Shown: positions 36,060 through 50,134 of the stretch, in pieces | Position numbering within the stretch: the stretch's first letter is position 1 | How the letters are laid out: the number at the start of each line of letters is the position of its first letter | Source of the DNA: Octopus bimaculoides | Lineage: Eukaryota | Reading direction: 5' to 3' | Length of the DNA stretch: 64,000 bases | Assembly (NCBI RefSeq): GCF_001194135.2 | Contig: NC_068982.1 | Span: forward strand, 51,522,987 to 51,586,986 | Translations under genes and position numbers: made by a program | The notes under the pieces: model-generated | The model's database searches: none | Told to the model about the DNA's origin: nothing | What the model saw: only the letters and a program-made list of their open reading frames with translations

Positions 36060-38950
36060 CCTTGATTGTTAACATGAATTGTTTGTTCTGTTTCTTGGAA
36101 AGCTATCTGTTGATCTATAATTAATTAGCAAACATTTTAATCAAATAAAAATTCATTTGTTCAATTCTCTTTGAAACTTCAAAGTTCTTGTAGACTTAAC
36201 CATCCATTTTCTGTTCTGATGTTCATATGAGCCATGTTAGGTATTGTTAAGAGTGGAGGATAATTTAAAGTGAATTCATTTTCTCATGAGATCAAGATTT
36301 TTTTCCTCTTGTATGTTGACATATGGGACTAGTAATTTCACTTAGTCTTTAATTGATTCATTTCATGTGAAAGTTTGTTTTTCATATGCTGTAAATAATT
36401 TCTCAGGTTCTGCAAGGCTGCAGTAAAGAGGAAGGAATGTCTGGTAATATGCACTCTCATCCTCTGCTAAATCCATTGTCACTGCAGCTTCTTTGTATGT
36501 AACACAAACTTCCACCATCAACAGTCACAAATGTAGAAATGGGAAAGTTCTTTGAGTGTGATGTAACAAGGCTCTGGCCGACATTCACCTAATCTTTTGG
36601 AAAACAAAGTACATATATTCAGTGAAATAATGGATGTCAAACAATAAAGCTTAAACCCTCAACATTTTCCATGCTGCTTCAGATACTGACACACCAACCT
36701 TTAATGTTATGCTTAATTTCATGTTTTAGCTTTTTGTTCTTGGGTATTGGTTTCTCTTATTATAGTCACTATTACATAATTATAACTTTTGTGGATATAT
36801 TTACCAACAATTGCTCATACTTCTACATCATCATCGTTTAATGTCTGCTTTCCATGCTAGCATGGGTTGAACGATTTGATTGAGGACTGGTGAACCAGAT
36901 GGCTACACCAGGCTCCAATCTGATTTGGCAGAGTTTCTATAACTACATTAAAAAGAAAAATTATTAAAAAACTACTGACCAATTATCCAAGTCCACATTT
37001 GATTTTTTTTTATCCCATGATATGTCTGTTGAGTTCCAAAGTATTTTCATCCTCCAATCCAGTTGACATGATGTATCACAAATGTTGGTGTCAAAAAAAA
37101 CAATATCCCAAATATCTTTGGGATATTGTTCTTAACACTTCAACCATTGATGGCACATTTGGGTTAGCACTACCATTTGGACCATATTCCATACTTTTGG
37201 TAACATTCTGAAATTATCTCACTTGCATTTGTAGATTCACTACTTCTGCAGAATCAATCATATTCTTCTACTGGATACTATTTACAATCCTGTTTTTGTT
37301 CTACTTCTCTAAAAATGTCCCTTTTCCAATATTTTTAAATCCTTCAGTTTCAAAAATTAAACAGGGTCTATCAGCTAGTTTGCTTTGTACACAGTTTATT
37401 TATTTCTATCCAATCTAAATTCCATTTGAAAATGTAAATGCAAAAAAAATGTTTTTTCCTGTATTTTGTCAATTTGCTATAGGATATTTATTGCATCTAT
37501 TGTGAGCTTTGTATGAAAGTTGGGTGTATCATTATTCTTTTACTAATATTCATAATTTCAGTTCATGTAATCATTAATAGTTTCTTACAATTCCTTACAA
37601 TGAAATAATAATTTGTGTCGTGAAAATAATGAAAACCATTTTCATATAACATAAACCTATATTTTGTAATATATTTATCTAACTGAAGTTTTTCTTGCAT
37701 TGCAATTTGTTAAACCAACTTTCTCCATCTTCTTTTGCCAACTTGAATTATCAGGGGAAATTGTACTAGATCATTATTTAAACTATAGTTACTTGAAGCC
37801 TCTCTTACAACACCCCCATTTGTGCAGCCTCCTACGTTATTCTAGCTGTAAAGTTTTAAAATTAGAATCTGACTTAATGACTGCTGCTTCTGCAATTAGC
37901 CAAGTGTATCTTCTGATATCAAATCTTGGAATCTCTTTGTTTTCAGAAATAAATAACCTTTGAAAATTCTTGAGTATTTTCTAAGTATCTTGAATAGAGC
38001 TACTAACTCTTATCTGGTGGCATCATCATTATATGAAATGATCCCATGATATGGCTGTTGAGTTTTTGAGTATTTTCATCTTCCAGTCTAGTTGATATGA
38101 TGTATCACATATAGTTATTTGAATAAATATCAGTTTTTTAGATCTTTAGTACTATATTTGGAGCTAATTGATGAGTATTATTTTCTTGATTTACACACTA
38201 TTTCTATTTCAGTTATGCTATCATCAATAGTACTAACTGGATGCAAGCTGGTGCTTGATTGACTCCAGCTGGATCATCTGAGTGAGGGTGTCTGATGTTA
38301 AAAGACTTGAAACACCTAATGACAAGGAAACATGATTGATCAGTCCAGAAGCATCACAGGCTGATGTATCAAAAAACTCATTCTCTTTAGTACCTGAGAA
38401 TGTAAAAGTTAAAGCTGAATTATAAACCCTAATATGAAACCTGAAGTTAATACTCTTTGCACTATATCTTAAAAATTCATTCAGTTCTGTAGGTGGATCA
38501 ATAATAGATGATAATACCACCTGTTAATTACCATAACACAAATTAAAGATTTGTTTTTGAGCTGATTTTATACCATAGTTTGAACATTTAGCATTTATCT
38601 TCTCCACATAGTTTGTGTTTTTGCTTCAGCTTCATCAATTGTAAAATTTCATCAATTTCATCAACATTGTAAAACTGTTTCGGTAGTTTTCTTTTTCCAG
38701 ACATCCTTTACTTCCCTTATTTAAATGGTTTGCTGTTCTCTTTCAATAGCTCTTCTCTCTGTTATTTCTTCTGTGATATTCACTCTCTAGTTTCCCATGC
38801 CTTTGCATCAGACATTCGCCTTATCTTCTGTCATTTTTCTATTACTTCCTTCGGACTTCATAAGTTACAACAGATGTTTCTCTTTCAATTCATATGACAT
38901 GCTATTTCATTGTTTAACATTTGTTGTATTGTCCCACTGTAACACTTTAT
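36060..38950 (-). pseudogene. Helitron Rep-region relic, interrupted by an RTE-tail insertion at ~36825-36945
   Basis: Minus-strand motifs occur in the expected order: KCSNYG...LCYGN.QVVL, DPPTELNEFL...FRFHIRVYNSALTF, QDAIKY, DRP, VTKSMEYGPNGSANPN (cf. HGPCG..NPN), KYIHK, VSVSEAAWKM (cf. VSASEAAWR), LLHH, VTVDG...YKEAA...LAEDE. Confidence 0.85.
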
Positions 38951-40333
38951 TTGTGTACATTTATATATATTAAAATAAATTTATGAAATGGATATGTCTG
39001 AAAGTGAAGTCAAAATACTAGGTTTATAAAAAAAATGTTTGGAACATATGTACATGCATGTATACACATGTCACACACACATAGTTGTTAACACACATGC
39101 ATACACAGTCGCATGTGCATATGGTCACACTTACATATACACACATATACACAATTACATATTCTCTCCCTCCCTCTCTTGCACACACACACACACACAC
39201 TATAAGCTATGGAAAATAAGTTATCAGTATGAATAATTGCAGTATGTGAAACTGAAATCTTTGGCTTTTACATGAAAACAGTTATATAATTTTTAAAAAA
39301 TTGAAACTAAACTTGAAATACAAAAGTTTCTAAGTCTGAAATTTGGTCCTTAACTTTGAAGTCAGTGACAAATAATAAGATATACTCAGACTGTGACAAC
39401 CTGTCCAATCTATGCCAATATAGAAAGTGGATATAAAATGATTATATAAAACTTTATGAAAAAGACAGGTCTAAAAGGAAACTTGGAATACAAACATACA
39501 TATTTCAAACAAAATTTATGAAATGGTGAGATATGAAGAGTGATGCCAGTATTATCAATTGCAATGTATCAAATTGAAAGGTTAAAGTGTAACTTTTAAA
39601 GCTGAAATCTTTGCTTTGATTGAAAACTGTTCTTGTGTGTTTATATAAGAAATTAAGAAAATATGCTAAACATGCATTAATTATGCTAAACATGCATTTA
39701 AAAATTTTTCTAAATTGATGCACTCATACACACATATATTTAGAATATACTAGAAAAGTAGAAATTATGTGTACAAAAGATATATGACTGCTGCTATTAT
39801 GTTTACAACTCCTCACAGATTATCATAATCCAGTCTGCTTCCTGTATGGTTGTTAAGTAACTTCTATACTGAGTAGTATTACTAGTTATGAAGTACAGAG
39901 CAAATGCATACATAATACATAGAGATATGTATTATAAAACCTGAAAGGAAATATTGAAAACTATAGATTGGCAAATGGAAAGCTAAAAGCAATTATTTGA
40001 GAAAAGAATCTGAAAGAAAACTAGGAATAGAAAAGTGCATTTATGAAAAGAAAATTATGAAATGGATATATGCAAAAAACATATATAAAAAGATCAGAAA
40101 TTGATGGAAGCTTCTAGTGTGTTTGCTTCAGGAAATCATTGATAGCTGTGTCCTCATGTATTTGAGAGGAAATAGCTAAAGTAGAACTTGGTGTGAGTTC
40201 ATCAAAATACATCACACACATGCACAACCACACACATACACTTATATATACAAGTAAGAAATCTTCTGTGTCATCAGAATTGTGGAATTCATGTTCGTGG
40301 TCGTGGTCGTTGAACTTCTAGTGACATGTGTTT

Positions 40334-40366
<33 letters not shown>

Positions 40367-40514
40367 CAGCCTCTTACATGCACCTATGACATCATTTCCA
40401 GTCTATTAACAAGATCAAGATTTACATTTGTTGAGCCTAGGAGTCACAAACATTATTTGTATTAATTGTATTTTGTACATTAATTGTACATTTGTAATGT
40501 ATCTTTTGCTCTTT

Positions 40515-40868
40515 TACTTTGGTTATTGAACAGTGGCTATGTTAGACTACCACCTTGTGAAGTTAGCTATACAAATTGACCCCAGTACTTATCCTAAGTC
40601 TTATTCTATCACTTTCTTTTGCTAAACCATTAAGTTATGGGTGACATAAACAAACCAGCACTGGTTGTCAAACAGTGGGGAACAAATACTCACATGCTCA
40701 TGTCGATGTGTTTCTCATAGTTTCCATTGACCAAATTCACTCACAAAGCATTGGTCAGCTTGGATCTATAACAGAAGACACTTTCCTAAGGTGCCATGTA
40801 ACAGAACTGAACCCAAAGCCACATGGCAGCAAAGTGAACTTCTTAACCACACGACCATGCTTGCACCT
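40515..40868 (-). mobile_element. SINE family A copy
   Basis: Reverse head CTAAGGTGCCATGTAACAGAACTGAACCC...CTTAACCACACGACCATGC plus body. Confidence 0.85.
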
Positions 40869-43238
40869 TTAACGTAAGGATGTCTATTTATTTAATTCTG
40901 TTTATTATAATGTATTGAGCTTGTGTTCCTTTTTGGTTTGTATCAAGTTGACTATTCCAGTTGTGTAATAGTTGTTATATTTTTTATGTCTTTTGTGAAG
41001 TTTTTTAAGGCCCTACCATCTTGAAAGCATTGTGTTGTTTAGCCCCAAGTTGACCCTGATCAAGGAGACCAGTGGTCCATTGCATTCATCGCTTTCTGTA
41101 TCAGTGACTACATTCTCCAAAGTAGATGTCTTTATTTGTAAGATGTAAATCTATGATTTGAAGGAGATCTGGCTATTTGAAACAACTGTGCTTAGATTCC
41201 CTTGTAATCTTTTATTCTTTGCAAATATGCATTCTGTTCATGGAACTATAATTAATTGTGTATAACCTCTACCTAAAGATGAAATGTTGAACCAAAGTTT
41301 GTAATATTACTGTCTGGTATTGATTAAATGACCAGAAAGAAGGGGAATTTGTTATATTAGAAATACTACTGAACCATAATAATTATAAGCTGCAACAGGG
41401 TCACTGATATTTCAACATTACTTATCTACTCTTAAAATTGGTGTTCTTTCATTTGCATACAAACCATACCCTCATCCCTCTCTCTCTCGCTCACACACTC
41501 ACCTTGGTCCTCAGTTCTCTTCATTGAAAAACGGCATTACCACAGGATCAAGACGACCCTTGAATCTTGGCATAGATATAAAAGTGCCTCTAGTGCAGGC
41601 ATTATGATAAAGTGCACCAATACACTTTGTTAAATGATTGGTGTTAGGGTGGATCCAGCTATAAAAATTATGCCAAATATTGGAACATATATATGTATGT
41701 GATATAGTCTTCTGACCCACTCAAGAGAGTAGTAACTTCAAAGAAGAATTCATTTGGACCTTGATTACCTGTTCCACTTATGCCAGTATGAGAAACAGAT
41801 TCAAAATGACAATGATGATGATCATTATCATCATACAGGATAAAAACTTTACAATTACCAAAAGAAAAGTAACTCATGAGGCAATTTTATTGCTATACAT
41901 CATTTTCAGGGTTATTGAACAAAACTTCTAAGCTGTTACCAACACTCAGTTGTATTGATAAACAAAATAATTTTTTTTAGCACATACATAAGAGCACACA
42001 TTTGGGATAAGGGTTATAGCCTATTAAATCGAATACATTTCATCAATCCTGTAAGGATGAAGAGCAAAATTGAGGGATCTTTGTCAGGTTTGAACTCTGA
42101 CTGTAAAGAGATATAAGTAAATACTACTGGACATTATGTGCACAACTCTACTAATTCTACCAATGCAATGACCTTCAAAACTGTGAACAACCAAAAGAAT
42201 TAGTATGTCATCACTTGACTTGCTAGAAATGGTAACCAAAAATCCCTCAACTCACTAGTCTTAAAAATGAAAAGACTATATGTGGTTCTAGATAGAATAT
42301 ATTTTAAAGTAAGATGGAATGACTTTTTTTTTTGCAATTAATATTGAATTCTTACTACAATAATTAAATAATATGAACAATTCTGAACAGAAATATTAAT
42401 TTTTCACTTGAGAAATCCACTGTCCATGTCTTTTTTTCAGGTTGGACATGATATAAAATTTCTGGGTCATATATTTAATTATATTTCCTTTTACTCTTCA
42501 TTCTGTCTACAACTTCTGCATGTCCTTATTGGTTAGTTTGTTTGGTGTAGTGAGCCATTTCCTAAAGTTAACATAGCTGTGTATAGGGCCTTCTGTAAAA
42601 TTATTTGATCAATTTCCTGTGACCAAAATGTCAGGAAATTTCACTGGAATCTCTCAACTGCTTAGTCAGAGTACTATTATTATTATTATTATTTTTATTT
42701 TTATTTTTATTTTTTATCTGTTCTGTCTGCCAATATTATGGCAAAATTAGTAGAACTCTAGACTAAATGGTTTGCGATATTTAGTTCCATTCTCAGTTCA
42801 AATTGTGCCAAGGTCAACTTTGCTTTTCATCCTACTGGAGGTCAATAAAATAAGTGTCAGTGAAGCACAGAACTCAACATAATTGATTATAACATTCCAG
42901 AAATCAATATCATTTATCTGTAAACATAAGTATTTTAAATTGTATTAGTTTGTAAACTGCATAGAAATTCTGTTAAAAGTTAAAATAAATATTAAAGAAC
43001 TTTTGAGTGAATATCAAAGCCTTAGTTAAAATTTCTTTAGTCTTATGAATTATATTTGTTCTATTTGTGTTCATTCATTAAAGAAATATTCTTAAGAATT
43101 ATGTTTAATTTGTAGTACAGTTAATTAGTGACTATATATTGTATAGAAAAGGATTTCTCCTTTATATTTAGGCTGAGTGAAATTATCAGAAAGTCTTGTA
43201 AGAAAAAAAAAAATCTTTTATTGTAAATAAAATATATA

Positions 43239-43528
43239 TTAACCCATTACCTCCCATAATTCCATTAACTGGAATTTTTTTTTTTTTATGAAACTTTGAT
43301 TTCTAGCATAAAACAGCCTTAGAAACATGGTGGAATGATCAAAATAGCATTTTAAATAGAAATAAGCGAAGATATTGGGTGAAAAATTAGCAAACCGCAT
43401 TTGAATATCAGTGAAATATACCTAGTAGATATAGCAAAAAGGTTAGATATGTGTAAATATTGACAGATAATTACGAAATTTGTAATTTTTAAGTGATCTC
43501 ATGAAATCACTGGTAGGTAATGGGTTAA
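43239..43528. mobile_element. piggyBac-type MITE family P2
   Basis: TTAA|CCCATTACCT to AGGTAATGGG|TTAA: perfect 10-bp terminal inverted repeat with TTAA target duplication. Confidence 0.8.
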
Positions 43529-44530
43529 TGTGAATTTTTTTATGTAAAAGTTCGATTTGTTTATCTAGAATTTAGATATTAAAAAAAAAATGTAATTGTA
43601 ATGAAAAGTTACCCTTTCTTGTAGAAGTTACATATTCAGAGCTTTCTCTCTTGTACATTTCTCAATTCATGATGTTGCATGGAAGGGAAAGTTTGAATGT
43701 ATACATTTCTAGTTATACTAAGCCAAGCATGGGCATCCTTTTATGAGAAGCTAACTGCATAAGACTTGGTTCATCATCAGGCTACTACTAAAAAAATTCA
43801 AGGTCATCTTTTGTTAAACTTATCATTTAGAAAATTCTGTAAGTCAGTGTTTGCCTACAACTGTACTTAGCATTTCTTAGCCATGACATTTGAGCTTTCT
43901 CCATTAGGTAGGAATTTCAAGCATAAATCTTGCAATTATTATAGGATTGAAATATAAATAACAATTGCATTAACCCCACTGCTCAGCTAGTACATATTTC
44001 ATTGAGCCCAAAAGATGAAAGGCAATTAACCTCGGCAGATTTTCAACCAAGAATGTAAACATCGACAATATGATGTAAAGCATTTTGTTTGGCATGCTAC
44101 CAATACTGCCAGTTTGGTACCCTCAAATAACTAGTAATAGAATGATAATTACACTGCTTATCATCACATTAACATGGAGGTGGTCATTTTATAGAGATGC
44201 TACACACAGGAACCTAGTAACTTCACCTATCCTGTCCTAAAGTTATTAACTTTCTCTCTAATTTATTTTCATTGAAAGTATGTTTTAAGTATAATAACCT
44301 TTGTCCTTTTTCCTATGTGTAATTTCTAAATATGGTTTCGATGTGTGCTGACTGTCACTTGTCATAATTAATGCATTTCCTGGGCTCAATAAGGTCTCAC
44401 ATCCCTTTTTATTTTGAACTCTAAGGGAGCTTTGTTCAAGGTCTCACATCCTTTAATTTCCTCAAACTGATGTATTTTTATTCTAACCTTATAAAAAAAA
44501 AAAGTTATCTATAACGTTTCTGTTGCATAG

Positions 44531-44616
44531 GAATGGATTCTTAAGACTGGTAGAAGAGGATAAGCTAACTTTAGGAAACCTAATATCAGTAGACAAGATT
44601 TATATTACAGCTAAAA
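44531..44616 (+). CDS. Candidate 86-nt exon (NGFLRLVEEDKLTLGNLISVDKIYITAK), phase 2-1
   Basis: Acceptor TTTCTGTTGCATAG and donor AAA|GTATGT, with an open frame. No recognised homology. Confidence 0.3.
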
Positions 44617-45850
44617 GTATGTTTCTTGCTATTGCTTACTACTATTCAAAGCTGGTGGAAGAGGTCATCAAAACTGTGATAGAACCAGAGATAGGAGATG
44701 TTTCGTTTCAGTTACATATAAAGATTTCAATCATAAAGCTTTCAATCATAAAGATATAGGGGGATCAGTTTTCTAAGTTTTCTTTTGAATCATTAATGTA
44801 TTTGTTGATATATTTAGCATTTTAAAATAAATAACGTTTTTATTTAATGTTCATCATTTCATCCTATTAGCAATATTTCTTATGTATCAACATATTTTGC
44901 AACACTAAAAATAAGAGCTCACATCATAGAATGAATTAATAATGGTTTTAACTTTACTAATCTTACCGATTCAATGAAATAATAATGTATCTTTTGATTG
45001 TAAATGAAAACATCATCTTTCTTTTGACAGTCACACTACAGAAAGCTGGAATCAAATTTCCAGAGCAAGATTTGACATTTAAAATTTTTTTTTTTATTTA
45101 CAAAGTGAAATATAGACGAGTAGAAAACACAAATCCTGTTGAAGCTTACAAATTACATTATATTTGTTGTCTTTCTTTTAATTTAATTTACTTTCTGCTC
45201 TAGTTGTAAATAATCAGCTATTAAATCCATTTTGTACTTCACTATTGATAGCCTTTATAATTTTATGAGCTATAAATTTGCAGTCATTAGAGCACTGGAT
45301 AATGTACATAGTGATACTATACTGACTCTCTGTGATCTGAGTTCAGACCCCACCATGATCAACTTTGCTTTTTGTCCTTTGGGGGTGGATCAATAAAGTT
45401 TTAAGTCTAGTACAGGAGATTGACCGAATTATTAGTGTTGGATGAAATGCCTTGCAGTGTATTTTTTGGTGCTTTGTATTCTAAATTGAAATTTTCCTCT
45501 TGTCACCAGGGGGTGATAGGTCTCTAATGTCAGACAGAATGACGCGTCAATTGTAGCACCATTTCAGTTGCATCAATATAAATGCGTGGGATAAATGCTA
45601 AAAGCACAAAAAAAAAAACAATTAGTAATAATATATTTACTTTTAAAATAGTTAGACTTGTTCTCTTATAAGTGCTTTTCTGTCTAGGTTTTGTTTAGTG
45701 ATTCCCTCCCCTACCCTTTTTTTTTTTCGTGTGTGTGTCTCTAAAAGATACTTGCCTTAAACTTCATAACAAAGGAGAAATAAATAAACTTCTTTTCTGA
45801 ATCATAGATTCATGGATTCAGTACTTATCACAATTTTTTTAGTGTTAAAT

Positions 45851-46083
45851 TAGTGTTTCTCAACCACATTTTACTTATGAACCCCTTTCATTCCTATTTT
45901 ACTCAGGTGGACCCTCATAACCATTGTATGTTTAAAAAATCCTATTGTATTTTTATAATTAAATGTTATTAGGAATTGTATAAAAAAAATTTTAATATTT
46001 TGTGTATTGTAGAAGTATAACCAATTTATTGCACATAAATTTTAACAATAAAATCTAACATGAGCCCTGGTTGAGAAATACAA
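45851..46083. mobile_element. hAT (Charlie/Buster-type) MITE
   Basis: Terminal repeats TAGTGTTTCTCAACC and GGTTGAGAAATACAA. Perfect 8-bp target duplication TGTTAAAT at 45843-45850 and 46084-46091, with the central TA typical of Buster/Charlie. Confidence 0.9.
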
Positions 46084-46577
46084 TGTTAAATAGTGAAGCA
46101 TTTTCCTTTCAATAGAATGGTTTATTACAGGCAACTTTTACTTTCTGTGGGTTTATTTGAAATCCACAATTGAAGTAAACAAATTACCAATTCTACAACA
46201 GTGTATTATAATGCTACTTGAAATCTTTATTTGGAGCCAGACAAGCTTAACCGTTGATAATACCAGTTGTTTGATATGAGCCACCAAGCTATCTACTAGT
46301 TGTTTTGTACCTAATCAACTTGGCCATATTTCTTTTTTTTTTTTTTTGTTTGTCATATGAAAAGCTAGAATCAAATTTCTAAAGCAAGTTCTTAGGTTTT
46401 GAACCTATTGGATAAATTCCTTCCTGTGGGAACAAAGTAGTTATATTTACTTACATTAAAACAGATTAGAAAATTATTTCTGGAAAGCAACTTAAATTTG
46501 TGTGTTCATACACTCATTCATTTAAACATACTTCACTTCCACTTCATACAGTTTAACTCTCTTGTCTGGGAGAAATA

Positions 46578-46958
46578 TTTGTTTGTCATTTGACTGCTGC
46601 CATGCTGGGGCATTGCCTTGAAGGGTTTTAGTCGAACAAATCGACCCCCAGGACGTTTTTTTTTTTTTTTAAGCCTGGTACTTATTCTATCACTCTATAT
46701 TGCTAAATCTCTAAGTTACGGGGACATAAACACACCAACACTAGTTGTCAAGCAGTGGTGGGGACAAACACAAAGACACACACACATAAATATATACATA
46801 CGACAGGCTTCTTTCAGTTTCTGTCTACCAAATCAACTCCCAAGGGTTTTGGTTGACTGAAGGTTATAGTATAAGACACTTGCACAAAGTGCCATGCAGT
46901 GGGACTGAACTTGGAACCATGTAGTTGGGAAGCAAGCTTCTTACCACGCAGCCATGCC
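46578..46958 (-). mobile_element. SINE family A copy, well preserved
   Basis: Runs GTCATTTGACTGCTGCCATGCTGG...GTGGGACTGAACTTGGAACCATG...CTTACCACGCAGCCATGCC. Confidence 0.9.
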
Positions 46959-46994
46959 TAAAAAAAATTTTTTTAAATGCCAAACTGCTATTTC

Positions 46995-47530
46995 AAACTC
47001 AGCATTGTTATTATAATATTGATTGCACTTTTGCCCAAGATTAATCAGGTTGTCTAGGTAACAAACTTTTTCTTGAATACAGTATGTAATCTTTAACTCT
47101 TTGTTTATCTCATTGTTGACTACACCCATCTATCTGGACTGCTTGAATTTTGGTTCCTTACTACTCTATCTGTAATCTTGTTGCAACTTCTTGGCACATC
47201 AGTTGCACTGTCTACATAATATTGAATTTCTATATGCTTTCTCCTCCACCTTTCTACATAGAACTCAATTTACGTGTGTATACAAATATATTTAGTCTTG
47301 CTTATGAAAATGGTTTTGGCTTAAAACCCATATTGAGAACATATGAACAGCAAAACTTTTCATTGCATCTATTCAGACTTTTATTGAGTCTACTATGAGC
47401 TTTTAATTTTTCTTAAGCTTGTTACAAGTCTTCAGTCATTTCCTAGATGTTAATGGTGGTTATGAATGTTCTAGACCTTTCCATTTGAGCCTCCTTCATC
47501 TTTTAGTTGGAATTTTTTTTCTGGGTTGTC
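46995..47530 (-). pseudogene. Degenerate RTE LINE RT-region fragment
   Basis: Minus strand gives WKGLE, MGVVNNE and EKVCYLDNLI (cf. VDKFCYLGD). Heavily decayed. Confidence 0.45.
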
Positions 47531-47543
47531 TTTCCAATGAGAC

Positions 47544-47774
47544 TTAATGTTTTTGATACCAACCCACCTGAAACTGCTTCTGGCTCTGTAGTACAAATGT
47601 CTTGTTTTCAAAAGTTCTGAATTAAAATCTTCCACCAAACTTTAGTCACAATTTATGTTCCTAACACTAACTTAATGATAACTAAGTTATTTTACTAAAT
47701 TCTTAATTATATTTAAAATTAATTGAATGAAAACACAGAGCATCTCAACAGAAATATGGGAACAAAAGGGCTAA
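47544..47774. mobile_element. piggyBac-type MITE family P3
   Basis: Decayed ends TTAA..TTTTGATACC and GGAACAAAAGGG.TAA. Interior matches the fragment at 7738-7815. Confidence 0.6.
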
Positions 47775-47799
47775 AATATGCACATACAAGAGTCTTTTT

Positions 47800-48418
47800 T
47801 ATCTTGTATTAGTTTCAGTCATTACTGGCCAAAAGTATCCTGCCTGTTTTATGTTAGAACTGGCCAGATCTGGTCTCTCACCCCAACCCTACAATATCGT
47901 TTTAAAAATTAGCAGCTACCTTATCAAAATCTCATAGCTACAGGATAATGCATGATTAGTTCAAAGCAATGTGGATAAAAAAGCATCAATTTTGGCAGAA
48001 TAATGTGAACACTAAAGGGTTAAACAGTGGCTATGCTGGAGCACCACCTTGAATCTTTTTTAGTCGAATGAATTGACCCCGTTCCTTTTTCTTCTTTGTT
48101 TATATACAATTTTAAGCCTGGTACTTATCCTATAGATTTCTTTGAACTGCTAAGTTACTGAGATGTAAACACACCAACACCAGTCTTCAAGCAGTGGTGG
48201 GACACATGCACACACACTCATACACACATACATACATACATACATACATACATACATACACATGGCAGACTTCTTTCAGTTTCCATCTATCCAATCCACT
48301 CAAAAGTCAGCCCAAGACTGTAGCAGAAGAAACTTACCCAAGGTGCCATGCAGTGGGACTGAACCCAGAACCATGTGGATGGGAAGCAAGCTTCTTACCA
48401 CACAACCATGCCTGTACC
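47800..48418 (-). mobile_element. SINE family A copy split by a P1 MITE (47825-48023)
   Basis: SINE text GTTTCAGTCATT resumes as ACAGTGGCTATGCTGGAGCACC right after the MITE end GGGTTAA. Confidence 0.75.
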
Positions 48419-49146
48419 TGTAACTCACTTTTGAACTCTATTAAATTCAGAATTTTACTAAAAACTTCTCAAAGTAATAATTTCAGTCTCCTTCATACAT
48501 ATCTTACACAGCTATTGTGAATCACTCACACACAATTTTGTTATTGTTCACCAGATTATGGCAATTATGACAGTTTAAATGGCTTTTATTTTTCTGTGTT
48601 TATCAACAGCAATATCATTTGCATTTTGCAGAATAGTTGTTTTGCAGTCGCAACACCAGAACATGATATCAACATGCCAAAGCTCCAGTGCAAAATGCAA
48701 ACTGAATTCCAGCCTACACTACTCTTGTCTACCATAGTACAATTAAGTTCTCTTCATTACATTTGTAGTGTAATTCTTCCAGGTTCTTAAAAGTAAAATA
48801 ATCGTTAGGTTCCTGAACTTATAACACTTTCCTGATCACTCCAATCATACATAATATAGCAAAATTTTAATTTTCTGACATCACCATTTTTTTTTTTTTT
48901 TTTTTTTTTTTTTCAATTTTTTTAAATATGGTACTGAAGTATAATCTCCATATTAATCTCTTCATGGATTTGGCAACTATAGCTCAGTTCTTACATTTGC
49001 AGATCATCTTAAATGAGTTTTTAGAAATTTTACAGGAATTATTGATATTAGTGATTTGCAAGATGTTTGATTTTTAGATATGTGGAGTAATAGAGGACTA
49101 TGTTTTAAACAATACTGGCAATGTCCCAGCATGGCCTCAACCTTTT

Positions 49147-49203
<57 letters not shown>

Positions 49204-50097
49204 NNNNNNNNNNNNNNNNNNNNNNNNNNNNNNNNNNNNNNNNNNNNNNNNNNNNNNNNNNNNNNNNNNNNNNNNNNNNNNNNNNNNNNNNNNNNNNNNN
49301 NNNNNNNNNNNNNNNNNNNNNNNNNNNNNNNNNNNNNNNNNNNNNNNNNNNNNNNNNNNNNNNNNNNNNNNNNNNNNNNNNNNNNNNNNNNNNNNNNNNN
49401 NNNNNNNNNNNNNNNNNNNNNNNNNNNNNNNNNNNNNNNNNNNNNNNNNNNNNNNNNNNNNNNNNNNNNNNNNNNNNNNNNNNNNNNNNNNNNNNNNNNN
49501 NNNNNNNNNNNNNNNNNNNNNNNNNNNNNNNNNNNNNNNNNNNNNNNNNNNNNNNNNNNNNNNNNNNNNNNNNNNNNNNNNNNNNNNNNNNNNNNNNNNN
49601 NNNNNNNNNNNNNNNNNNNNNNNNNNNNNNNNNNNNNNNNNNNNNNNNNNNNNNNNNNNNNNNNNNNNNNNNNNNNNNNNNNNNNNNNNNNNNNNNNNNN
49701 NNNNNNNNNNNNNNNNNNNNNNNNNNNNNNNNNNNNNNNNNNNNNNNNNNNNNNNNNNNNNNNNNNNNNNNNNNNNNNNNNNNNNNNNNNNNNNNNNNNN
49801 NNNNNNNNNNNNNNNNNNNNNNNNNNNNNNNNNNNNNNNNNNNNNNNNNNNNNNNNNNNNNNNNNNNNNNNNNNNNNNNNNNNNNNNNNNNNNNNNNNNN
49901 NNNNNNNNNNNNNNNNNNNNNNNNNNNNNNNNNNNNNNNNNNNNNNNNNNNNNNNNNNNNNNNNNNNNNNNNNNNNNNNNNNNNNNNNNNNNNNNNNNNN
50001 NNNNNNNNNNNNNNNNNNNNNNNNNNNNNNNNNNNNNNNNNNNNNNNNNNNNNNNNNNNNNNNNNNNNNNNNNNNNNNNNNNNNNNNNNNNNNNNNN
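49204..50097. other. Assembly gap (894 N) flanked by (TA)n; further 10-N gaps at 10663-10672, 20935-20944 and 63151-63160
   Basis: Runs of N in the sequence. Confidence 1.

Positions 50098-50134
<37 letters not shown>

Noticed and set aside
36407-36443. Apparent + strand exon (FCKAAVKRKECL) with AG/GT ends
   Set aside because: It lies inside the minus-strand Helitron Rep relic (YKEAA...LAEDE region), so the splice sites are probably chance.
41511-41800. Possible RTE relic (TTLLSGSE, HLTKCIG)
   Set aside because: The similarity is too weak to call without an alignment.
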